Source: an uncultured Methanosarcinaceae archaeon
GTDB lineage: Archaea; Halobacteriota; Methanosarcinia; Methanosarcinales; Methanosarcinaceae
Length of the DNA stretch: 64,000 nt
NCBI GenBank assembly: GCA_963733675.1
Contig: CAVTET010000004.1
Span: forward strand, 224,001-288,000
Reading direction: 5' to 3'
Shown: piece after piece, positions 11,949 through 22,917 of the stretch
Layout: each line of letters starts with the position of its first letter
Numbering within the stretch: the stretch's first letter is position 1
Translations under genes and position numbers: made by a program
The notes under the pieces: model-generated
Database searches by the model: none
Told to the model about the DNA's origin: nothing
The model's input: only the letters and a program-made list of their open reading frames with translations

Positions 11949-13074
11949 TTACAGGGATCCTGGCGTTATCGAGTAAGTATTCAGCCAGTTGCTTTTTAAG
12001 TTTCATGTACTCTACATCAGAGAGACCAATTGTGTTTAACGCACCATCCCGGAGCCAGCATGGCTTGGTGATTTTACAACACCAAACGAGGCTTCCGAAG
12101 CAGGTATCTCCTCCAAACTCCAGCATAGTTCCCTTCGCAAAGTCAAACTTCGTCTTGGTAAATTCTTCTGCTGTATAACCTAATTTTCGGAATTTTTCGT
12201 GCACAGGGCAGGGTTTAACAGGAAGGCAACAAAAAGCCAGAGCTCTGAAGTCACCGTCACTGCAAACATGCTTAGGAGCATTATACCAGCCAATGGATCG
12301 CTGATAGGAACTAACGCTTTCTACTAGCTCCCTTATAAGTTTAGGATTCTGCACGACTCCCCTAGCAACAGATACCATGTCAGCACCGCGGGAAAACATA
12401 TCCTTTGCTCCCTCAAAATCAGTGATCGAGTTATTACCTATCAGGAAGAGCCTTGTAGCATCCCTGTAATTACTGATCGCATCAAGGTCAGCCCCAAAAC
12501 CATCTAGGCTGGCATCAGAGTGTATTATGTCAGCACCTGACTTCTCTATGAGCCTTACGAGCTCGATGTCATTAACAACATTTGACCTCACTTTTACTGA
12601 AAGTACGACTCCAGTCTCCTTTATCGCCTTGATCCAAGTAGAAAGTCGTGGAAAATCATGGAGAAGAGCTTCTCCGATTCCTACATCTAGCATTTCTGGT
12701 TGCCTGCAATGGGCATTTAACTCAAGGATTGCTTCCTCTTCTTTTATGAGTTTTGCAGCTTCGATAAGGGGTTCGAGTTTAGTACTTCTGACATTTACCG
12801 CGACTGCACTTTCGGACATGGTTGCACGAATTTCCTTTTTTATAAGTGCCATGGGTTCATCGGAGATGAACTCTTTTCTACCCATAGCCACTAGATCTGA
12901 TGCAATAGTAATTGAAACTTTATCCAGATTGAAAGCTCCAAGAACTACCAGACCTGCATTACTTGCATACTTATTAGCAAAACCGCTATCTACGATCCCT
13001 GCCATTGAAGCTAGTGCGATAGGATTTTTAAAACGAACATAGTCAATATGCAAATCGAACAGACAATCACTCAT
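11935..13074 (-). CDS. Methanogenesis marker 9 domain protein (Dus-like TIM barrel fused to Cys-rich domain)
   Basis: LASMAG and ELNAHCRQPE N-terminal domain; C-terminal HVC..GD.RALAFCC.PVKPCP and TCFGSLVWCCKITKPC. Confidence 0.85.
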   Translation of the reverse strand: MSDCLFDLHIDYVRFKNPIALASMAGIVDSGFANKYASNAGLVVLGAFNLDKVSITIASDLVAMGRKEFISDEPMALIKKEIRATMSESAVAVNVRSTKLEPLIEAAKLIKEEEAILELNAHCRQPEMLDVGIGEALLHDFPRLSTWIKAIKETGVVLSVKVRSNVVNDIELVRLIEKSGADIIHSDASLDGFGADLDAISNYRDATRLFLIGNNSITDFEGAKDMFSRGADMVSVARGVVQNPKLIRELVESVSSYQRSIGWYNAPKHVCSDGDFRALAFCCLPVKPCPVHEKFRKLGYTAEEFTKTKFDFAKGTMLEFGGDTCFGSLVWCCKITKPCWLRDGALNTIGLSDVEYMKLKKQLAEYLLDNARIPVNESH

Positions 13075-13413
13075 GTTTTACCTCTTAAAAATAAACCTGA
13101 AAACTGACAAAAAATAATATTCATTATCAGATATCAAAAAGTAATGATAATTTTCTTTCGACAATCCTTGAAAAATGGAAAAATCCATCTATAACTTACG
13201 GACAATAATACATATATATTAATATTTTGATGCATTCAAATTCATAAGTTTATATCAAGTACAAGGAACTTATGTAACTTCATAAGCTGACCTGGTAATA
13301 GAATCAAAATATCACAACATTATTGTAAAAATATCCTGCTTATCAACTTTGGAAATGCATGTTCCCAAAAAGATATATATACCTATAAATATCAATGCCA
13401 ATTGATAATTAAC

Positions 13414-13781
13414 ATGCGAGAGTGGCTGGACGGCTGACGGGCCTTCTGGTCTGAGGAAAGTCTCCCCACCACTCCGAACACACGAACATCTGTAAAGGAT
13501 GTCGGGCGAGAGCCCAGGCTCTGGCACAGAAACGAGAACCATGCCCTGAAAATGCGATGATACATACGTTGAGGTCTCAGGGAAAGTGGATGAAACGGCG
13601 AATCCTCGTGGGTGCAAGTTGAAAATCGGGAATAAAGAGCAGTTCGGAATCTCCCGGTTTTATTTGGAAACGCATAGCTGAATGCCGTCACTGCAAGAGT
13701 CCTCAAGGACCTTTTCCTACACTGATGGGTGGCAGAAAATTTTTGCAGGAACAGAAGGGAGCTTATGAGCCTCACTCGCAT
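13414..13781 (+). ncRNA. rnpB: Archaeal RNase P RNA
   Basis: Conserved GAGGAAAGTCTCCCC (CR-I) and AACAGAAGGGAGCTTA (CR-V); P1 helix ATGCGAG...CTCGCAT; GC-rich; TATA-like CTATAAAT ~25 bp upstream. Confidence 0.93.
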
Positions 13782-14024
13782 AAAATTATCCTAAATTATT
13801 TATTATGTTCTAATTAACCTTAGAATTCATTGCTTTCCCATCATTTATTGGCTCTCGCTATTTCGAGTAGGCAATATATTGTGGTGTCCGCTTTAACTAT
13901 AAATTCAAAGTCAAATTTTGGTGTACTGCTTATAATTAGATTCTTCGGATTGTGAAATATATCTACTTTAGAACTTATTGAGATTTGTGATTTCAAAGAA
14001 AATTGTGTACGCTGCATAATTTAT

Positions 14025-14111
14025 GAGGGTTTCGATAAACTCATTAATTAAGTCATATGCTTATAAATTGCATGTAAATGACTAGTGAAAATCAGAGGTT
14101 GATCGAGACTC
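14025..14111. repeat. ~88-bp MITE-like repeat copy
   Basis: GAGGGTTTCGATAAA...TTGATCGAGACTC ends; interior GTCATAT...AAATGACTAGTGAAAAT. Confidence 0.65.
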
Positions 14112-14285
14112 TTAATAGTCATTTCCTTGATTGTGGGTGCAATACATATAATATTTGAAAACATTAGTTTGTGGAATACCACATTCAAGCTCGATATCAT
14201 CTATTTTGTGTAGTCATCTTCAACTGAACAATTGTTCTCAACCCACAAAAACAGAGAAAAGCCATTTCTTTTAGTTTTAGGGATT

Positions 14286-15425
14286 TTATTTTGGAGGCAT
14301 GTTCAGCCAGAAAAAATTAAGCAATAACCACTGGACATAACCTTTATAATTTCTATTGATCACTACTTCATCCAGATATTTTTCAAGAATTTCCCTGTTG
14401 CTAACGGCCAATTTGAAAGAGATTTCTGGAAAATGATGCATTACCTTCTCCAACTTAAGAGAACTGGCAAGGTAGTTCCCAAACTCCCGCCTACATCTTG
14501 ATTCGTATTTTTGGATGTAATTTAACTTCCTGCCATACATAATAATTCCTGCAATGGTCTCCGCAGCAAGTTGTCCGGATCTAATAGCATAGGCTATGCC
14601 TTCTCCTGAAAAAGCTTCTACAAACCCCGCAGCATCACCGCTAAGAAGAAGTCTTGAATTTATTGTTTTTCTTGCTATTCCACCTACCGGGATAATATGG
14701 GAACGAATAGGAAAATTGCCAGTAAAACCATTTTCCTCCATAAAATCCAGCATTACTCTTTTCGGATTTTTAAAATATTGAGCTATTCCCATGACTCCTA
14801 CAGAATAGTATCCTGCATGAGGAAAAATCCAGCCATATCCTCCCTGGACAATCCCGAAATGAATATCTAGAGTGCCTGGGCACTGACTCTGTATTGCCTC
14901 ATCCTCATCAGTTATTTCTGACACAAGACCAAGACAGTATTCTGTTCTTTTATCTTTTGATCTAACTTTGTATTTAAGAGATCCATCTGAGCCTTCTGCA
15001 ATCAGAACAAATTTCCCAAGATAGGTGTTGGCCGTGGTCCTTACCTCAACAAAATCTTTTCCTTCAATACAATCTAGAACCCTTTCTCCGGTATGAACCT
15101 CAATTCCAGTTTCTTTAGCTTTTTCTAACAGAAAATAGTCAAAAACCGTTCTGGAAATTAATAAAGCTAAGTTGCCTTCCTTCTCTGCCTCTACAAAACC
15201 GTCACTAAAATGAATCTTTACCTTTGAAATATATCTCTCAACCACATACTCAGGAAGACTGAAATCTAGGCAAGATAAACCATATGACGAAAGAGCACCC
15301 CCACAAGATTTGTACCTCGGAAAATGTTCTTTTTCAAGCAGAAGAGTGGAAAGTCCCTGTTTTCCAGCTATCCTTCCGGCAGATGCTCCTGAGGGTCCTC
15401 CTCCTACTATAATAAGATCATACAT
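14286..15425 (-). CDS. Geranylgeranyl reductase-family FAD oxidoreductase
   Basis: GGGPSG, FPRYKSCGG, GYGWIFP, GDAAGFVEAFSGEGIAYA. Confidence 0.9.
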   Translation of the reverse strand: MYDLIIVGGGPSGASAGRIAGKQGLSTLLLEKEHFPRYKSCGGALSSYGLSCLDFSLPEYVVERYISKVKIHFSDGFVEAEKEGNLALLISRTVFDYFLLEKAKETGIEVHTGERVLDCIEGKDFVEVRTTANTYLGKFVLIAEGSDGSLKYKVRSKDKRTEYCLGLVSEITDEDEAIQSQCPGTLDIHFGIVQGGYGWIFPHAGYYSVGVMGIAQYFKNPKRVMLDFMEENGFTGNFPIRSHIIPVGGIARKTINSRLLLSGDAAGFVEAFSGEGIAYAIRSGQLAAETIAGIIMYGRKLNYIQKYESRCRREFGNYLASSLKLEKVMHHFPEISFKLAVSNREILEKYLDEVVINRNYKGYVQWLLLNFFWLNMPPK

Positions 15426-15443
15426 CTTGAAACACCTACTTAA

Positions 15444-16566
15444 TTACATGAGTTTAAAGTTTAGAAGACACCACTGTAGAGAATCCTTATAATTAAGCCT
15501 GAAATCTACAACCTCGAAGTACTTATCAACCATTTTTTCATTGAAAGTAAAAATTTTGAATTTTCGGTCTGAAAAACAATGAATTATCTTGGAAAAAATC
15601 AGCGAGTACTTAAGGTGATTCCCTAACTCTATCTTGCAGAGAGACTTATATATGCCTAGATCTTTGAGATTTCCACAACACAGGCAAATTCCTGCGATCA
15701 CTTCAGACGCAAATTGCCTTGGTATAATGGCATCTGTTAATTTTTCACCTGAAAAAGTATCTACAAATCCGGCAGTTTCCCTAACGATGAGACATCTAGA
15801 GCCAGTAGCTCTTCTTTTAATTATACCTCTTAGGATCCTATGGCCATGAATTTCATACTTGCCGAAAAAATCATTTTTCCTTAGGAAGTCAAGGATGGAT
15901 TTTGTAGGATATGAGAAATACTTGGCAACCCCGCTAATTCCAACAGAATAATAGATTTTGTGTGGAAAAATCTGGCCATAGCCACCTCCAGCGATCCCAA
16001 AATAAAGTTCTAAATTATTATCCAGACGCTCTTTAATTTCGTTTTCTTTAGCAGATAATTCTGTAACTACACGCATCCCATATTCCTACTGATATATTCA
16101 GGTCTCACGCATTTTTTGACTACCCCCTAGGCTCCTTCGACAACGACCACAAATTTTGCATGGTATACTTCTTTTTAGTCTTTACTTCAATATGAGTGAC
16201 CATTTCCTCGCAGCAAAGAACTTTCTCCTTTGTATGGACTTCAATTCCAGTTTCTTTTGCCTTTTCAAAAAGAAAAGTATCAAATCCGTTCCTGGAAATA
16301 AGAACAGATAATCGATGCTTTTCTTTAGCTTTGATAAACTGTTCCTTGAAAAATAACTTTGCTCCTGTTATTTCCCGCTCAATAATTTTGGGAGGGAGGT
16401 CGAAGTCGAGATTAGAAATAGAATGTTCTGAAAGCTTTCCATCACAGGGTTTGTATCTAGGAAATTCTTCTTTCTCAAACAATAGTGTATTCAGGCCAAG
16501 TTTTCCTGCCCTCCTCTCAGCCGAGGCTCCGGAAGGAGCGTCATCTATGATAATTAAGTCATACAT
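15444..16566 (-). pseudogene. Second geranylgeranyl reductase paralog, disrupted
   Basis: Split into ORFs 16120-16566 and 15444-16076 by a frameshift and stops; FAD motif decayed (IDDAPSG) and GDAAG changed to RETAG. Confidence 0.85.
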
Positions 16567-16608
16567 TAAAATAGTTATGTTTTACCTGAGTTATTTTGTA
16601 AAGAGCCC

Positions 16609-17229
16609 TTAGTTCTTAAAAGTTTCAAAAATATTTAGAACCTTCTGATAATTCACTTCTGTCCCGAAGCAGCCGTCCCTTTCCATAGAAATACCGTAGC
16701 TTACAATTTTTCTACCTTTGAGAGCACGCATAACTTTATTGATTTCATAATCACAGGCGATTAGAAGGACACCATCAGCAGCTTCAATTTTAAGAATATT
16801 TTTGATGTAGGAAGAACCTGTAAGAATAAATAATTTATATCCATATTTCTCGGAGTCTTTCTTCAAATTGGTATAAACACATTTGCCACAGTAGTTACAC
16901 TGGATTCCTGTCTGTGTGGTGTGGGCTATGCAGTCGAGATTCCGCATACAATGGGGAGCCAGAAGAACCCTTTTTTTGGTTTTTGCAAAAGCAGATTTAT
17001 ATGCCCTATTTTTCAAAGATGCCATCCATTTGTCTAGAATGCGCGTATCTGAAAACTTAAGGAAAAGTTGCCTGAGAGGCAAATAAAAAAAATCGAGTAT
17101 ATTTGCAAAAAAACCTGCTAAATAAACGCTTCTTTTAAGACTTTGTTTGCTGACGACCAGAGCAATGCTCGAGAGAATAAAGGATATTATTATAAAAAAG
17201 AAAAGTACCTTACCAATAGTGCTATACAT
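16609..17229 (-). CDS. DUF116-domain membrane protein
   Basis: N-terminal TM segments, PHCMR..C, CxxCxxC, IAC; start MYSTIG overlaps the upstream gene's stop. Confidence 0.85.
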   Translation of the reverse strand: MYSTIGKVLFFFIIISFILSSIALVVSKQSLKRSVYLAGFFANILDFFYLPLRQLFLKFSDTRILDKWMASLKNRAYKSAFAKTKKRVLLAPHCMRNLDCIAHTTQTGIQCNYCGKCVYTNLKKDSEKYGYKLFILTGSSYIKNILKIEAADGVLLIACDYEINKVMRALKGRKIVSYGISMERDGCFGTEVNYQKVLNIFETFKN

Positions 17230-17857
17230 TGCACATCTCCATTTTTTGAATAATCTCTTCAACATTAGCTTCAGTATTGAAGCATCCATCTTTGCGAAGA
17301 AGAACACCCTGAACAGAAACAAAAGATACAGCTTGCATGTTTTCAGCAAGCTCGTTATAACAGGCAACCCCCAGACAAGCTTCAGGCATATACTCATTAA
17401 AAATTTTTTTGACGAAACTTCCTCCTGGAACCACAAAAACCCGAAAGTTACATCTATAAGCGGCATCGCAGAGTTTTGAGATATCACATAACCCACAATG
17501 TTTGCACTCATATCCAAAAACGGGATCACACCTGGCCTTGCAGCTGGGATGCCGCAAACATTGTGGAAGAAGCAAGATCCTCGTACCTTTTGTATGCAAA
17601 AAATCATCAAACATAACAGCATTTCGGATATCAATGAGTATATCATCAACAAGTGTATCCCTGATCCGAAAAACTTTACAGAGCCATTTTGCAGGAGAAT
17701 AGAAAAGATAAAGTGTGAACAGCACGAATCCCGGAAAAATGATTTTGTGGTTTTTAAACGAGTAAGCTCCTAAAAGCAGAGCAATTCCTATACCTGTAAG
17801 AGCAAAGAATATGAAGTATATGAATATTTTTCCAAGAAATTCGTAAGGAATCTCCAT
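17222..17857 (-). CDS. DUF116-domain membrane protein
   Basis: TM helices, PQCLRHPSC, CKHCGLC, PGGS, VAC motifs. Confidence 0.85.
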   Translation of the reverse strand: MEIPYEFLGKIFIYFIFFALTGIGIALLLGAYSFKNHKIIFPGFVLFTLYLFYSPAKWLCKVFRIRDTLVDDILIDIRNAVMFDDFLHTKGTRILLLPQCLRHPSCKARCDPVFGYECKHCGLCDISKLCDAAYRCNFRVFVVPGGSFVKKIFNEYMPEACLGVACYNELAENMQAVSFVSVQGVLLRKDGCFNTEANVEEIIQKMEMCNV

Positions 17858-18850
17858 ATTCAAGGGGACGAAAGTATCGCTATTTAAGCTTTACTATATA
17901 ACCTTAGTTTGATAGTATGATATTAATTTGGATGAAACACTATATTTTAGTCAAAATTTATGTGGCAACATTCAAAAATTAATTGCCTAGACTAAATTTA
18001 TTCATTTCTCCAAAATATGAAAATTTCCTTTCAACATAAAGATCAAGCTGGCAAATTAGGGATATATGTCAAATTATTTAGAGTCATGTAACTATAAAAA
18101 TTAGGAGACATTTTAGTTAATTCACTAAATTTACTGAAATTAAAAAATGTTATATTATTTTCAGACTTGATTTATTTAATTTTTATGAAGTAAACTTTTA
18201 TTTCGTCTTGCTTTACGATTTCTGAATATAGTGTGTTATTGGACAAGATGTCAAACTTCCGATGAATAGATAAAACCTTTTACGTGATTCTCTAAAAATA
18301 CATTTTTTCCAGCTTAGGATAAAGCTTAAAATGTCTGTAGAAACTCCCTCCTTTCAATTATTGAATTGCATCTGATCGAGAGTTGCTTGATGGAATTCCA
18401 CGAATAAGTTAACGTGATCTTTTTACATTTCTATAACATGAATTTTTTAACCTGCTTCATCGCAAATAGTGATACAGATCTAGATGCAATCTTTTTTAAT
18501 TTATTCATTTTAGAGAATTTCGATAAATATCTACACTACATCTATAATTCGGCACCCACACTATGTGATAGATAATCTGACCGTAGAACTGGCTAAAGCT
18601 GTTTAATTCTAATGAGTATCATATCCCGGTAAGAGGTGGATGCCACCACCTTTGATCATGGGAGCAAAAAAAACTCATTTTCAAAGAAGTTATGTTTTAA
18701 AGAGTTAAACGAGAACAAAAAAGTGAGAGTTCACATTATCTTTATCTACGGGGTAAAATAGTCTTGACCTCCTGCACCAGAAGCATGAAAATAAGCCAAA
18801 ACTATTCACTAAAAGTAAGGGCTGGAGATCCAGCCTTCGCATTCTTTCGT

Positions 18851-20083
18851 TTAATCCAGTTTCAGACCTAAAGCCTGTGCAACCAGCTCAATGACATCTT
18901 CAACATCGATGTCAGCTTTCATAGAGTCACGGCCATCCATCAAGTTTCTCTTACAAAATGGACATGCACTTGACAGGATATCTGCTTTGGTTTCGAGAGC
19001 ATCCTTAACTCTGGACTGTGCAACACCATCTGCAAGATCAGGGATACCAGCCTTTACGCCACCACCGGCTCCACAACAACGCTGAAATTCTTTGATCCGT
19101 TCCATTTCAACGAACTTAACGCCCGGAATGTGAGTAAGCACATATCTAGGCGCATCATATACGCCTACATGGCGACCCAGGTGACAGGGATCATGGTAAG
19201 TAATTGTCTTATCAATAGACTTTTCCCATTTAATTTTTCCCTGCTTTATCAGGTCTGCAAGGAACTCAGTGATATGAACAACCTCAAAAGGCAGTTCTTT
19301 GCCGAGAAGTCTTGGCCAGTCTACTTTTGCAGCACGGAAACAGCCTGAACATGCGAAGAGGACTTTTTTAGCACCCTTTTTCATGATGGCTTCTACATTG
19401 TGTTTTGCAACTTGAAGAGGCATCATATCATTGACATGTGCCTGGCCTGTCCTGATTAGAGCAGAACCACAGCACCATTCATCTTCCCCAAGCATAGCAA
19501 ACTCAATGCCTAACTTATTAAGCACACGTGAGGTAGCAAAGGCCAGAGTGAGCTGCTTGTACCCTGCAGTACAGCCAGTGAAATAGACAATGTCTGATTT
19601 GTCTTCAATTTTCACATCATCAGGAACCCAGGCAAGTCTGTCTTTCTGGTCAAGCAGGTAAGGGTTATGGTACTGACCAATAAGTTTCGGGAACATATTC
19701 TGCTTTCCGTACGGGCCAATACCTTTCTTGACAAGGTTTGCCCTCAGGGCTTCCCAAAGTTCTACTGTGTTGATGCCTGATTCACAGACAGTACCACATA
19801 TACCGCAGGTTGTACAGCTGTGAACATCATCTTTAAACTCCTCAAGTTCCGACTGGGGGATTTCTTGCGGACCAAAGAGCTTTGCTCTGATTCCATATGA
19901 TTTGTTCATATACTGCCTCCAGCGTAGGATCTTGTCTCTGGGAGCTAAGCCCGGTTTCCCATCGGTGGCAGCATAAGTTGGACACCATTTAACACATTCA
20001 CCACAGCGTGTGCAGGAGTCTAGCTCCATAAGTTGAACTGCGGTAAGATTCTTCGTATCAATTGAAGGGGTACGTTTTGCCAT
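18851..20083 (-). CDS. hdrD: Membrane-bound heterodisulfide reductase catalytic subunit D
   Basis: Two CxxCxxCxxxC motifs plus two CCG domains; start MAKRTP. Confidence 0.95.
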   Translation of the reverse strand: MAKRTPSIDTKNLTAVQLMELDSCTRCGECVKWCPTYAATDGKPGLAPRDKILRWRQYMNKSYGIRAKLFGPQEIPQSELEEFKDDVHSCTTCGICGTVCESGINTVELWEALRANLVKKGIGPYGKQNMFPKLIGQYHNPYLLDQKDRLAWVPDDVKIEDKSDIVYFTGCTAGYKQLTLAFATSRVLNKLGIEFAMLGEDEWCCGSALIRTGQAHVNDMMPLQVAKHNVEAIMKKGAKKVLFACSGCFRAAKVDWPRLLGKELPFEVVHITEFLADLIKQGKIKWEKSIDKTITYHDPCHLGRHVGVYDAPRYVLTHIPGVKFVEMERIKEFQRCCGAGGGVKAGIPDLADGVAQSRVKDALETKADILSSACPFCKRNLMDGRDSMKADIDVEDVIELVAQALGLKLD

Positions 20084-20087
20084 TTTT

Positions 20088-20870
20088 TTATTCGCCTCCT
20101 TTGTTTGCAAGAATTGCAAGTGGTGTAGCGATTACATGAATGTATTTACTATATGGAACGTATGCAATGCAGAAGAGCAGGGAAATCACGGAATGGAATA
20201 GAGCTGCAGGCGGAGCTGATGCTGGATTAAGTCCAAAGCCCCAGATAATGTCGTTCCTAATACCATCTGCAATAAAACCAGTGATCGTGATTATGAAAAC
20301 TCCTGCGAGAAGAAGCCAATCATACATTATGGAAACTTGCCTGACTTCTGTAACAAAAAGTCTTCTCAATATTGCAATGAGGACTCCTATAAGCAGGATG
20401 TACCCGAAAACGTAGTTTGGGAAAGATAGAATATCTCTAAATTCAGCAGGTGTGAATGGCAGCACGATTCCTAATTTTTCGGTCATTTCGACTGTAAACA
20501 TCATCCCTGACAGAGAAAAGAGGCTCATCCAGCCTGCAAAAATACAGAAATGCATGAACCAACGAAAAGGACTCCTTTTAAGAATTCTTCTCTGGAAGAG
20601 GATATCAAGAATTAGAACCTCTAAGATAGGCTTTCCATGTCCATGATGAGTCACTTCAGTGACCTGTCTCCACCATGTTTTTAAGAACCTGATAGCACTC
20701 CCCTTCTGCCCTACCTGAGGTTCAAGGGCATAACCTGTTACTCCGGACCCCCATTTCTGTAGGTTACTTATCATACCATATAAGAAAATCACAATAGCTA
20801 TTGTGCTGAATATCATTATCTGAACAAACGTCATCTTGACTGTTTCTGAGAGCCCAGAATAGTATGCCAT
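20088..20870 (-). CDS. hdrE: Heterodisulfide reductase cytochrome b subunit E
   Basis: Multi-TM protein with heme-ligand His residues (WFMH, ALFH, PYSKYIH), directly upstream of hdrD. Confidence 0.93.
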   Translation of the reverse strand: MAYYSGLSETVKMTFVQIMIFSTIAIVIFLYGMISNLQKWGSGVTGYALEPQVGQKGSAIRFLKTWWRQVTEVTHHGHGKPILEVLILDILFQRRILKRSPFRWFMHFCIFAGWMSLFSLSGMMFTVEMTEKLGIVLPFTPAEFRDILSFPNYVFGYILLIGVLIAILRRLFVTEVRQVSIMYDWLLLAGVFIITITGFIADGIRNDIIWGFGLNPASAPPAALFHSVISLLFCIAYVPYSKYIHVIATPLAILANKGGE

Positions 20871-21188
20871 TTCAATGCTAATAGTCTATTCCTCCTATAT
20901 ATAGGTCAAAAACTAATAACTAATGTTACTCCTAAAATTATCATGTTATAAAATGGAAATAACAGTAAATACAGAGTGATAACCGTAGCAACTGTCTGCA
21001 TAAGGTTTGCATAGTCTGTTAGTCTTTGTATTTATTATATTTAAACGTTATCTTTAATTTACAATACATCGAAAAGCTCGCAAGAGCCACGAAAATTATT
21101 TACTTGGAACTAATCGAACAGAAAGAAAAGAAGGAAAATAAACAAGGATAATTATTAAATTATACTATTAAAAGATATAGATATAATC

Positions 21189-21415
21189 ATGGAATTTTTG
21201 TCGGAGGAACATCAGAAATTAGTTTAGAAATAATTTGGATAAACTCTGTGCATTGAAGCATTAGAGAGTTTAAATCTCTTAATATAAATTATCCTGAGAG
21301 ACACTCTACAAATTCAGTGTCATGCTTTCTGAAATGGGCAGCATCGAAGAAGCAAATCAAAAGTACGAAAAAACGCTTGAAATTTATACTGAACCCTTCA
21401 ATACCGGACCATAGG
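21189..21415 (+). pseudogene. Possible TPR-protein remnant
   Basis: Fragment reads LSEMGSIEEANQKYEKTLEIYTEP (TPR-like) with stops nearby. Confidence 0.35.
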
Positions 21416-21814
21416 CGAGAAATCAAATTTGATAATTAAACTCATCACGTTTGTCATCGGTTAACTAACTTTATGCACAAATTCGAATATTAAGTGTAGT
21501 GATTTTCCGACTCGCACTATGAATTAGTATACTTCACTATATATCACTCTTTAATTTTATTCTTCCAGCTATGATAGTATTCTACTTCATGCTTCTCATG
21601 TGATCTAGTATTATCACACAGATACGATTCCGTGAAAATCGCTGTTTCATACTCCAGTACGATAGCTGTAAAATAATGCAAAAAGGACACAGGCTTTTAA
21701 ATTAAACCTGCTAATTCTCTTGAATTCTTGGAACATTTCGAGTCATTTCTACATTGCCATCAGAATACATATGTTAAAATATAATCTGTGTATATACTTT
21801 ATTGGAGATTCCTT

Positions 21815-22423
21815 ATGGAAAAATACAAAATGTCAGGATACATAAAAGATCCAGAGGCACTACACCTGTACGTGAGGGATATTAGGATCTTGACACCGAA
21901 GGATTACGAAACCTTAAAAGCTCTAATCCCGAAAGACTCCCACAAAGCAGTACTAGACATTCTTTTAATCACAGGTATGCGGTATGCTGAGATGCTTAGG
22001 CTTTACGACCACAGAGAATGGTATAATGATAAGCGGAATATAATCCACCTACCTGAAGGAGCTCAGAGGAAACATAAAAGAAGACAGCTTGAAAGAACTA
22101 TCCATCCACTACCTAGCATGTTTAACTACATTCTCAGAGATTTTTGGGAGGGGAAAAGACCGCCTCTAGAGCCTACATGGAACAAGAATATCCAAAGATG
22201 GGCTATGAATGCAGGCATCAATCCATATGGGTTTTCAGCTAAAACTACACGGAAAACTATAGAGTCATGGATGATCGCCGCTGGAGTTATTGAATCCACT
22301 GTGTGTTTGCGCCAGGGACACGATTCACTTACTTCAATGCGCCATTATCAGGGGCTCGCTTTTTCTGACGATGAGATAAGAGGTATCAAAAAGCAGTTAA
22401 CAGCTTGGGGCTTAATGAGATGA
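21815..22423 (+). CDS. Small tyrosine recombinase/integrase (catalytic domain only)
   Basis: TGMR (Arg I), KTTR (KxxR), QGH and RHY (catalytic Tyr); GGAG before the ATG. Confidence 0.8.
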   Translation: MEKYKMSGYIKDPEALHLYVRDIRILTPKDYETLKALIPKDSHKAVLDILLITGMRYAEMLRLYDHREWYNDKRNIIHLPEGAQRKHKRRQLERTIHPLPSMFNYILRDFWEGKRPPLEPTWNKNIQRWAMNAGINPYGFSAKTTRKTIESWMIAAGVIESTVCLRQGHDSLTSMRHYQGLAFSDDEIRGIKKQLTAWGLMR

Positions 22424-22687
22424 AAACTAAAAGCGCAGAGTATGATAGAATCTGTGATCCAGCCACCAAACCTAAAATTGTGAGAAAACTAAATTAAGAT
22501 CAGGAACTGGAAAGAGGATATGAAATTGTAACAAGTATAAATCAAATTTCACGATTCCAAAGATAAAAATGAAAGAGCGATCCGCAAATAGTCGATTGTC
22601 CAAAGGGTTGATCAAATACATTAAATGCCCGAAGATTAACAGATTTGAGCCAGCCAGGGCCTATAATAAAGCCAAGAAAATATTTAA

Positions 22688-22775
22688 GAGGATATCGATA
22701 AAACTCTGATTTTCAAGAGTAAATTATACCCCATTTATAAGAATACTACGAAATACGGGATTTATCGAAATCCTC
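22688..22775. repeat. ~88-bp MITE-like repeat copy
   Basis: GAGGATATCGATAAA...TTTATCGAAATCCTC (14/15 inverted repeat). Confidence 0.75.
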
Positions 22776-22917
22776 TTTATAACCACTCAATTAGATATCG
22801 GATTTTTTAGAAATTCTCTTGAAACTTATCAGCCAGATTAAATGTCTCTGACTAGACTGAAAGGATCCAAAGGAAGAACCTATTATTTTTAACTTCTTAA
22901 TGAAGTAATTCTCCAAG

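Noticed and set aside
13312-13781. ORFs 13312-13617 and 13392-13781
   Set aside because: Antisense shadows of the RNase P RNA gene.
14226-14237. GAACAATTGTTC as another copy of the sulfur operator
   Set aside because: Only the ACAATTGT core matches, and it lies downstream of a gene end rather than in a promoter.
17230-17652. N-terminal extension of the 347-aa DUF116 ORF
   Set aside because: It overlaps the upstream DUF116 gene in another frame; the likely start is MYSTIG at 17229.
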